A stretch of DNA of 20,000 nt from an uncultured virus (IMG/VR IMGVR_UViG_3300006173_000005) (lineage: Duplodnaviria > Heunggongvirae > Uroviricota > Caudoviricetes), in the IMG/VR virus record IMGVR_UViG_3300006173_000005. One strand, 5' to 3'. The position numbers and the translations under genes are program-made. This document shows, piece by piece, positions 8,326 through 14,167 of this stretch (its first letter is position 1; the number at the start of each line of letters is the position of its first letter). Under the pieces are notes generated by a model, which did not search any database, had not been told where the DNA came from, and saw only the letters and a list, made by a program, of their open reading frames with translations.

Positions 8326-8482
8326 TGTCATCACCTTCGTCTAATTCATCTAAGATTAACTGGATGCGCTGTGCTTCCTTCTCCTTGATCTCAACCTTAT
8401 CCAGCAGGTTTACGATTTATGTATGCAGGGTCGTCAATCGCTGCTCAAGTTTTTCACGTGGGGTGTCTTCGTCAATGGTCAT
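8315..8482 (-). pseudogene. Coiled-coil ORF with an in-frame TAA at codon 22 (8417-8419)
   Basis: GAGGA RBS; MTIDEDTPREKLEQRLTTLHT*IVNLLDKVEIKEKEAQRIQLILDELDEGDDNEQ fills the gap exactly. Confidence 0.65.
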
Positions 8483-8485
8483 GAC

Positions 8486-8725
8486 TTATTCCTCGCCAAG
8501 CAATCTGTCTAAAGTTTCCTTTGGTATACGCACAGCTTCCATGTACCCACGCCATATACGGTCTAGCGCGTTCTGTACATCTATCTCTGCTAAATCCGGC
8601 ACGTCAAACGGCGGATTGACACCATAGCGCAGGTCTAGCGTATCGTCGCACTTCGGACAGGTGAACAGCATGTCATCGCGCTCGACCATCCACTGACCAC
8701 AATTAGGACATCGTTGCTCAGTCAT
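8486..8725 (-). CDS. Zinc-ribbon protein
   Basis: CPNC-x12-CPKC; ATGA overlap with the upstream gene. Confidence 0.75.
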   Translation of the reverse strand: MTEQRCPNCGQWMVERDDMLFTCPKCDDTLDLRYGVNPPFDVPDLAEIDVQNALDRIWRGYMEAVRIPKETLDRLLGEE

Positions 8726-9051
8726 AGCTTCCCATCCTCTCTGCGCTTTTCCATCCATCGTTTCGCTAACGGGAACCCTATCTGCTTACCAATGTCTACC
8801 ATCATGCCGATCACCGCAGCAGTTTTAGGTAGCAGTTCTAGCTCACGATACATTTGGATGAACTTACTGTAAGGTTTGGTCATCTCCGTGAACGCCGGGT
8901 GAACTCCTTCTGGCCCAACTACCTCTAATTCAAAAAGTCTGCCTATTTGTTCACCCTCTAACATCAGATAAAAAACGTCGGGATGAACGGCAATTGACAT
9001 AAACGCAACCGCCAATTCATCGGTGATACCCAACTCCTGAATGTTACTCAT
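8722..9051 (-). CDS. Hypothetical protein (109 aa)
   Basis: AAGGTG RBS; ATGA overlap. Confidence 0.75.
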   Translation of the reverse strand: MSNIQELGITDELAVAFMSIAVHPDVFYLMLEGEQIGRLFELEVVGPEGVHPAFTEMTKPYSKFIQMYRELELLPKTAAVIGMMVDIGKQIGFPLAKRWMEKRREDGKL

Positions 9052-9311
9052 GATTTAACTACACCTTTCATCGCCATTAGTCCTTTCACCTTATTCTTTG
9101 CTGACTCTTTGGCCCCATCCATGCTCGTAAACCCTCGCTCATGGAAGTCTGCGCTCCGTAGCATGTCATCGCCAGCCCTATCCACAATAGCGTAATGCCA
9201 ACGACGATCAACGGGGCTACCATCAGTCCACACTGTGATATGCGCGGGGCCTATCCATGCCTCACAGCACTCGTCGCCGCCAATGTCCTTAAAGTACGTC
9301 CATCTAACCAT
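9048..9311 (-). CDS. Hypothetical protein (87 aa)
   Basis: Translationally coupled ORF. Confidence 0.7.
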   Translation of the reverse strand: MVRWTYFKDIGGDECCEAWIGPAHITVWTDGSPVDRRWHYAIVDRAGDDMLRSADFHERGFTSMDGAKESAKNKVKGLMAMKGVVKS

Positions 9312-9741
9312 GACTACCTACCAATCGGTGATACATCACAATACTACCAGCAACCGCAACGTTATATGACATTAGATTGACACTCTCGATTGATACCACA
9401 CACTGACAAATCGACAACGCATCAGGCGATAATCCATGATCTTCTGCGCCTAACAAATAGACGCATTGTTTGGGATGCACAAAAGCACTCAGGGTAACTC
9501 CACCAAATTCAACACCAACTAGCAGACAATCAATCGGTCTATGTGTCTGAAAATCATCCAATGTCTCGTAGTGTCGCAGTGGAATATGTCGCGTAGCCTT
9601 GCAAGTATCACTGGCTTGCGCCTTGTAGCGACGACCAATAGTGAAGATACCAGACGCACCGAGTTGATATGCACTGCGCCATAGCGTGCCAATATTCTCT
9701 TCTGTTTTCGGGTGATAAATGCCAATCTCAAAATATCCCAT
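9304..9741 (-). CDS. SpoU/TrmH-family (SPOUT) RNA 2'-O-methyltransferase
   Basis: Motif 1 'ENIGTLWRSA', motif 2 'LLGAEDHGLS', motif 3 'SYNVAVAGSIVMY'; GGAGG RBS. Confidence 0.9.
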   Translation of the reverse strand: MGYFEIGIYHPKTEENIGTLWRSAYQLGASGIFTIGRRYKAQASDTCKATRHIPLRHYETLDDFQTHRPIDCLLVGVEFGGVTLSAFVHPKQCVYLLGAEDHGLSPDALSICQCVVSIESVNLMSYNVAVAGSIVMYHRLVGSHG

Positions 9742-9751
9742 GATGTGCTAT

Positions 9752-9982
9752 TCATCCTCCCCTAGTAATGGCAATTGCCCTAAATGTCCACTCGCAGATT
9801 TCACACTTGTATACCTCAATCTCATCGCTCATTCCATCGAACACTGCCCTATGACGATGACAACGTTCGCACTCGATAGAGTCTTCATTAACCACAAATT
9901 CACCGTGAGTATTACAAAACCAGCCATCGTCTTTCCAGATGAGCAACGAACCACAGTGTTCGCAGTAAATAGGCTCACTCAT
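9752..9982 (-). CDS. Double zinc-ribbon protein
   Basis: CEHC...CNTH and CERC...CEIC; GGAGG RBS. Confidence 0.75.
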   Translation of the reverse strand: MSEPIYCEHCGSLLIWKDDGWFCNTHGEFVVNEDSIECERCHRHRAVFDGMSDEIEVYKCEICEWTFRAIAITRGG

Positions 9983-10901
9983 TGCCGCCTCCGATTAATG
10001 GCACATTGCGATTAATGAGTATACGCCCATTATCATCAATAGACGCCCCGCTCAGATAATCCTCGCCAGCATAAGCCGCAAGGTCACGAAACGTAGGCCC
10101 AATGATATAAACCACATCATGTACAATTTGGGCTTGTTCATCAGTCGTCAACTCTCGTTTCATTGACTTCATACGTTTCGCACAAGCCTTATTCGCCTCT
10201 TTAAGTGCAGTCAACGCATAATACCCTAGACGATCACGATACTTATCTTCGTCTTTGGGTAGCAATCCAAAGTATTTCACAATCTCCGCTTTGCTCATAT
10301 CAAATAGACCACGATTTTGGATAGCGCCTATCTCCCCAAAGTTAGGCGTATGTTCTTCGTGAGTAGCCAGTAGTGCGTTAGTCAATTCTTTTTGAGACTG
10401 TTTGCTTTCAACCCGTGCCGTTGCACGGTCTTCATCGAAACCTTTTAGCAGGTAAGCATTGATAGACTTAGTTGTTTCTAGCTTGGCTTGTTCGTCTGCA
10501 AGTTCCTGACGGCGCGTTTGACTAGCAAAATAGAGTTGCGCCTCAGCAATTATCGCTTTACTTGCATCGCTGTTCATGGCAATGAGATAACACGCCAACC
10601 GAGATAACTTGTAATCGTCAATCTCTCGGATAACGCTATTGCCTAATTCGACCTTTTTCGCGATAGTAAGAAAATGTCTATCCGAGCCGCTTCCTGACTT
10701 ATTACAAGAGATGATCGCTTTAGAGATAGACTTACTAAAATTTTCCCATCGGCTGTACTCATAGACAGGCATAAGCTCACGAGCATACCAATACTCGTTG
10801 CCATCATCGTCTATATGCTTAATGCTCTCAAATGGAATGCGAAGCTGAGGGATTGCAAGTTGAATATCTGAGGGGTTTGTGTTACGATTCTTCTTGGACA
10901 T
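9975..10901 (-). CDS. dinD: DinD-like (Bro-related) phage antirepressor-like protein; true start probably ATG 10901
   Basis: 'FESIKHIDDDGNEYWYARELM...Y..WENF', 'DYKLSRLACYLIAMN', 'AQLYFASQTRRQE'; AAGGA RBS before 10901. Confidence 0.8.
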   Translation of the reverse strand: MSKKNRNTNPSDIQLAIPQLRIPFESIKHIDDDGNEYWYARELMPVYEYSRWENFSKSISKAIISCNKSGSGSDRHFLTIAKKVELGNSVIREIDDYKLSRLACYLIAMNSDASKAIIAEAQLYFASQTRRQELADEQAKLETTKSINAYLLKGFDEDRATARVESKQSQKELTNALLATHEEHTPNFGEIGAIQNRGLFDMSKAEIVKYFGLLPKDEDKYRDRLGYYALTALKEANKACAKRMKSMKRELTTDEQAQIVHDVVYIIGPTFRDLAAYAGEDYLSGASIDDNGRILINRNVPLIGGGNE

Positions 10902-10956
10902 GGAACTACATCTTCCTTGTTTACGCCGATAGTTGATCCTATCGGCTTTTTCGTTT
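10860..10956 (+). ncRNA. Predicted cis-antisense RNA (~10895-10955) to the dinD RBS/start, with its promoter and terminator
   Basis: TTGAAT(10860)-17 bp-TACGAT(10883) with TGn; GCCGATAG/CTATCGGC hairpin followed by TTTTT. Confidence 0.6.
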
Positions 10957-11037
10957 ATATACGCCTGTACCGTCTGGGCGGATAGAACGGCTAAACCCAC
11001 GCGCCTAACTCGTGTCAAACTTTCGTCACAGGCAATC

Positions 11038-11068
11038 TTAATTATACACCCCATCTGCAATAATTCAA
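11038..11068 (-). promoter_or_regulatory. Putative promoter of the dinD mRNA
   Basis: TTGAAT-16 bp-TATAAT(11041-11046); GGTGTA(T/C)AATTAA context also found at 11669-11681 and 11792-11804. Confidence 0.55.
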
Positions 11069-11599
11069 CGCATACAGCGTATCTGTCAACGCTTCATAAC
11101 CTATCGCAATGTCAATCGCATCAAGTCTATCCATCCCACTGTAGAACAACCTTCGTTCTTTATAATCCATTTGACGCCGAAGCATAAAGCGTTCTAATTT
11201 CACGGTAGATGTAAAAACATCGCCAATCACCCGCTCTAACTTCCACTCGTAGCCTTTTTGTCGATGCCTATCCTTATTGGTTAATGCGTACACTAGTCGC
11301 CACAGGGTAGCCTTAACGCCCTTGCTTGGCTCCCAGTGCCCAGTATACCGAGGTTGTTCCCAATCATCGAAAAAGAATTGAGTGCGAACAATCGTATCAT
11401 TCACAACGCGCAAATTAGATTGCGGATTGAATTGAGGATACTTGCCTTTTACGTAACGATTGAACTCATACAGTTCGTGAACTAGATAATCTATTCTGCC
11501 GATGACATTGGAGCCGTATTCACTTTTAATCCAATTGCAAAATTGAACGTTTACATCAGGTGGATAACTGGAGATTGTGTTATTATTGAGTGCAGACAT
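11042..11599 (-). CDS. Hypothetical protein (185 aa)
   Basis: AAGGA RBS; own -10 (TACAAT 11672-11677) and leader hairpin. Confidence 0.8.
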   Translation of the reverse strand: MSALNNNTISSYPPDVNVQFCNWIKSEYGSNVIGRIDYLVHELYEFNRYVKGKYPQFNPQSNLRVVNDTIVRTQFFFDDWEQPRYTGHWEPSKGVKATLWRLVYALTNKDRHRQKGYEWKLERVIGDVFTSTVKLERFMLRRQMDYKERRLFYSGMDRLDAIDIAIGYEALTDTLYALNYCRWGV

Positions 11600-11663
11600 G
11601 AGGCTACTATCCTTGTGTCTATGAGATTACTTGCATGTTGAGTGCGGTAATCTCGTTTCATTT
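11578..11663 (+). ncRNA. Predicted cis-antisense RNA (~11593-11663) to the 185-aa gene start
   Basis: Extended -10 TGtTATTAT (11578-11586); GAGATTAC...GTAATCTC hairpin with a weak U-tract. Confidence 0.45.
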
Positions 11664-11704
11664 GATGCTTAATTGTACACCCAAATCCACTTACGCGCTA
11701 CAAC

Positions 11705-11800
11705 AACAAAAGCCGCCTACGTGTACCTCCGCAGGCGGGTCTTATCCACAGTCACCATAACCGTCAAGTCGAGGTGGTTGCGAATGATGAGTTAATTGTA
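11705..11800 (-). ncRNA. Candidate sRNA B (~11788-11705)
   Basis: -10 TACAAT 11795-11800; 5' CAUUCGCAACCACCUC is antisense to an RBS+AUG; terminator CCGCCTGCG/CGTAGGCGG plus U-tract. Confidence 0.5.
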
Positions 11801-11805
11801 CACCT

Positions 11806-11885
11806 AAAACACAAACGGCGATACGTGAATATCGCCGCTTATGCCTGTCAAACATTAGCAAAGGAGGTTGCTGGTAATCATTATA
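11806..11885 (-). ncRNA. Candidate sRNA A (~11873-11806)
   Basis: -10 TATAAT 11880-11885; AGCAA-CCUCCU-UUGCU stem-loop; terminator GCGGCGATA/TATCGCCGT plus U-rich tail. Confidence 0.55.
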
Positions 11886-11890
11886 CCATG

Positions 11891-11926
11891 AAAACGAAAA
11901 CCACTAACTAGTTAGGTTAGTGGTTT
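11891..11926 (-). terminator. Terminator downstream of tRNA-Met
   Basis: AAACCACTAAC/GTTAGTGGTTT plus TCGTTTT. Confidence 0.75.
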
Positions 11927-11960
11927 ATCCGAGTCGTGGAGCCTCTTTAATATTGGGTTG

Positions 11961-12032
11961 TAGCGCGGAAAGGAATTGCACCTTCGACCTTCTGGTTATG
12001 AGCCAGACGAGCTACTACTGCTCTACCCCGCC
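11961..12032 (-). tRNA. tRNA-Met (CAT), initiator-like body
   Basis: GGCGGGGTAGAGCAGTAGTAGCTCGTCTGGCTCATAACCAGAAGGTCGAAGGTGCAATTCCTTTCCGCGCTA folds as a cloverleaf; CCA not encoded (CAA). Confidence 0.85.
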
Positions 12033-12171
12033 ATAAACTCGCTCACGGTTTTACAAAGACGTGAGCGATAACCTTTGCTGCCATTTACCGTCATACAGTG
12101 ACCATAGTAACGCACCTAGCAGATACGTCCTATATCCTGCTGCTTAGGTCAGGATACTTACTACATGGTTA

Positions 12172-12200
12172 ATCATAATCCCTACTGCAAAATCTGTCAA
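12172..12200 (-). promoter_or_regulatory. Sigma70 promoter for the structured leader and tRNA-Met
   Basis: TTGACA-17 bp-TATGAT. Confidence 0.8.
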
Positions 12201-12206
12201 CCGCAC

Positions 12207-12245
12207 AAAAAAACAACCCGCAATCCTCTATGGGTATCGCAGGTT
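12207..12245 (-). terminator. Terminator after the two tRNA-like genes
   Basis: AACCTGCGAT...ATTGCGGGTT plus GTTTTTTT. Confidence 0.75.
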
Positions 12246-12271
12246 ATTACGCACAGTCATCGTGTGCGATG

Positions 12272-12341
12272 TTGGGATGGCAAGAATCGAACTTGCGACG
12301 ACGGAATCGCATCCGCTGTTTTACCACTAAACTACCACCCA
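12272..12341 (-). tRNA. Aberrant tRNA-like gene; 6-nt anticodon loop (TGCGAT), identity undetermined
   Basis: Intact D arm (GTTT/AAAC) and T arm (GCAAG-TTCGATT-CTTGC); two acceptor-stem mismatches. Confidence 0.65.
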
Positions 12342-12392
12342 CGTTCACAGTATAAATCTACAGTTGCGCACCTGTTTTACTCCGTGAACTTG

Positions 12393-12467
12393 TCGGGCTG
12401 CGCAGATTTGAACTGCGCTCCTATAGGCTCTAAATCCTATCGTGCTAACCGTATACACCATTACCCG
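12393..12467 (-). tRNA. Aberrant tRNA-like gene with Pro-like acceptor; 8-nt anticodon loop (ATTTAGAG)
   Basis: CGGG.../...CCCG-A acceptor, GTGT/GCAC D stem, ATAGG/CCTAT stem, CGCAG-TTCAAAT-CTGCG T arm. Confidence 0.65.
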
Positions 12468-12549
12468 CATACATGGGACCAACGACCAAACCCTACAACC
12501 CATGTACTGCTCAGTACGATATTGGTCTCATGCGCCTATCATACATCAT

Positions 12550-12637
12550 AAAAACGGAACGCGCCACACTCTATTGGGGGAGTAGGTGGCGCGTCCGCTA
12601 TCGTAAAGCAATCAGAAGGAAACTAATCATCACGACC
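12550..12637 (-). ncRNA. Candidate trans-acting sRNA E, antisense to the RBS/start of gene 7179
   Basis: Strong promoter upstream; GC-rich terminator 12555-12597 plus TTTTT; 12607-12634 matches 7153-7181. Confidence 0.65.
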
Positions 12638-12643
12638 AATTAC

Positions 12644-12672
12644 AGTCTACTTGGTTATCGTTTGCGTGTCAA
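12644..12672 (-). promoter_or_regulatory. Sigma70 promoter of sRNA E
   Basis: TTGACA-17 bp-TAGACT. Confidence 0.8.
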
Positions 12673-12771
12673 CAAATACCCTATAACCGATACAATGGCA
12701 AGTGTTACAGCGAATGTTACACAGTGCCAGGTGAGTAGTTCCCCAGGGCTTACTGAGAAAACGGGAACCAT
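12655..12771 (-). CDS. Small TM peptide (38 aa, MVPVFSVSPGELLTW...GYLLTRKR)
   Basis: Hydrophobic helix with basic C-terminus; AGGGA upstream; not in ORF track. Confidence 0.5.
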   Translation of the reverse strand: MVPVFSVSPGELLTWHCVTFAVTLAIVSVIGYLLTRKR

Positions 12772-12851
12772 ACCATCCCTACGATGAGTGTAATCAGGCA
12801 CGCGATAATAATCGCTAATACATTGTAAATATGTTCACGCTTGATTGTCAT
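12750..12851 (-). CDS. Small TM peptide (33 aa, MTIKREHIYNVLAIIIACLITLIVGMVWFPFSQ)
   Basis: ATGA overlap; GGAGGG upstream; not in ORF track. Confidence 0.6.
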   Translation of the reverse strand: MTIKREHIYNVLAIIIACLITLIVGMVWFPFSQ

Positions 12852-12976
12852 AGATTACGGAACCCTCCACTTACTTTTGCCAACCAGTTGACGACAATAA
12901 CACTAACGATAATTAGCGTCAAAATGGCCCCAGCGAGGCCACCGCAGACTAGCAATAATAAATCGTGTACATTCAT
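12848..12976 (-). CDS. Small TM peptide (42 aa, MNVHDLLLLVCGGLAGAILTLIIVSVIVVNWLAK...)
   Basis: ATGA overlap with the coiled-coil gene; not in ORF track. Confidence 0.6.
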   Translation of the reverse strand: MNVHDLLLLVCGGLAGAILTLIIVSVIVVNWLAKVSGGFRNL

Positions 12977-13731
12977 GGCATCGTGGTCGTTTCAGGGGGT
13001 GCAGTAGGCTTCTGGGCGTCAAGCTGGTTCTGTAAATCTCTCACTTGACCTTGTAACTGCCTTACTTGCGTCTCAAGCTGAACCACTTTCTCATTAGCTG
13101 TTGCTAAATCTTTTTCGACTTGAGCTTTTTCAGTCACCGCCGTCGCGTACTGCCTTTCAAGTTCCACGATACGCGCCTTCGCCAACTCAAGTTCAATCTG
13201 AGTAAGTCTCAATTTCTCTAGCAGTTCGGACTTAGTAGTCTCAAGTTCGACCTGTGCTTCGGTGAGCGCCTTTTGCGTTCCTCTTAGTGCATCATCCATA
13301 CTGCCCACCTTTTCCACAAGCTCGGCTATTTGGGCATCCCGCGCTTGGCTATCCAACGCTCGCTGCTTGAGCAAAGAATCAACTTCACTGGTAAACTTCT
13401 TTATCTTATCTTCGTTGTCTTCAACCCGTTTGTGGTAGGCTTGGTTTTCAGTGAGAACCGCTGCTTTTTGTGCAGCGAGTTCCCGGTTTGCATCTGCGAG
13501 GTAGGTAAGTACGGATGTCATCTGACTGCTAAACTGATTGACCGTTGTCAGCGTATCTTGAGCAGTGCTTTGCGTGGCCTGCGCCGTCACTTTCGCTTCA
13601 ATCGCTGGCAGTTTTAATTGATCAATCAGACGTTCAAAATTCTTTTGATTGCGTACTAGAAATAAGGTAATGGGGCCACCAACTGCAATTACACTACCAA
13701 TGAGTGTCCCAATAATAACATTAACGTCCAT
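12973..13731 (-). CDS. Membrane-anchored long coiled-coil protein
   Basis: N-terminal TM helix followed by a long heptad-rich region. Confidence 0.85.
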   Translation of the reverse strand: MDVNVIIGTLIGSVIAVGGPITLFLVRNQKNFERLIDQLKLPAIEAKVTAQATQSTAQDTLTTVNQFSSQMTSVLTYLADANRELAAQKAAVLTENQAYHKRVEDNEDKIKKFTSEVDSLLKQRALDSQARDAQIAELVEKVGSMDDALRGTQKALTEAQVELETTKSELLEKLRLTQIELELAKARIVELERQYATAVTEKAQVEKDLATANEKVVQLETQVRQLQGQVRDLQNQLDAQKPTAPPETTTMP

Positions 13732-14077
13732 TGGATGTCACCCGCTGGATCATTTGTGGAAGCAAAGTCAAATCGGATTTGACGATAAATCCCTGTGCGC
13801 CTAAATTGATTAAAGTAGTCATCGAGTCTTCTTGTAAAAAACCCGTGACGATAATCATCGGGATACGCAGCGTCGTAAACTTAGGTTCATTCAGCGCTAA
13901 GAGGGCGTTGTACTGCGGCAAATTGTAATCCGCGAGTATAATGTCCCACCGCTCCTCTAATGCGTCTAAAAACGCTTTTTCAGTGGCAACAAGAAGCGAC
14001 GTATACTCTAACCCGCGTAAACTGTAACGGATTAGCTGCACATCGTTAGGATTGTCCTCTAGGATAAGTATACGCAA
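13721..14077 (-). CDS. Single-domain response regulator (CheY-like receiver)
   Basis: 'ILILEDN', 'DIILADYNLP' (phospho-acceptor D), 'IIVTG', 'GAQGFIVK'; TTG start with AGGTG RBS. Confidence 0.9.
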   Translation of the reverse strand: MRILILEDNPNDVQLIRYSLRGLEYTSLLVATEKAFLDALEERWDIILADYNLPQYNALLALNEPKFTTLRIPMIIVTGFLQEDSMTTLINLGAQGFIVKSDLTLLPQMIQRVTSNGR

Positions 14078-14112
14078 GTGTCACCTAAGTAAGTGTTATT
14101 GAGTTCCCCTTA

Positions 14113-14141
14113 AGCATATGCGATAGTTAATCGAAAGTCAA
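14113..14141 (-). promoter_or_regulatory. Sigma70 promoter of the receiver/coiled-coil/TM-peptide operon
   Basis: TTGACT-17 bp-TATGCT. Confidence 0.65.
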
Positions 14142-14167
14142 GGAAGTGTTAATAGAACAACGAAATA

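Noticed and set aside
10902..11060. N-terminal extension of the DinD ORF in the track (start 11060)
   Set aside because: It spans a promoter and hairpin leader; a clear RBS precedes ATG 10901
11859..11911. Strong + strand SD (AAAGGAGG) suggesting a gene
   Set aside because: Only 7-codon ORFs follow, with unsuitable spacing; better explained as a minus-strand anti-SD loop
11961..12467. tRNAs as prophage attachment site or boundary
   Set aside because: Phage-type genes lie on both sides; no integrase or duplicated tRNA 3' end in the window
11600..12700. Possible CRISPR array
   Set aside because: No identical direct repeats with regular spacing; the hairpins differ in sequence; no cas genes
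12165..12787. + strand ORFs 12165-12551 and 12473-12787
   Set aside because: They are antisense to tRNA-like genes, terminators and TM peptides, with no RBS or protein-like composition
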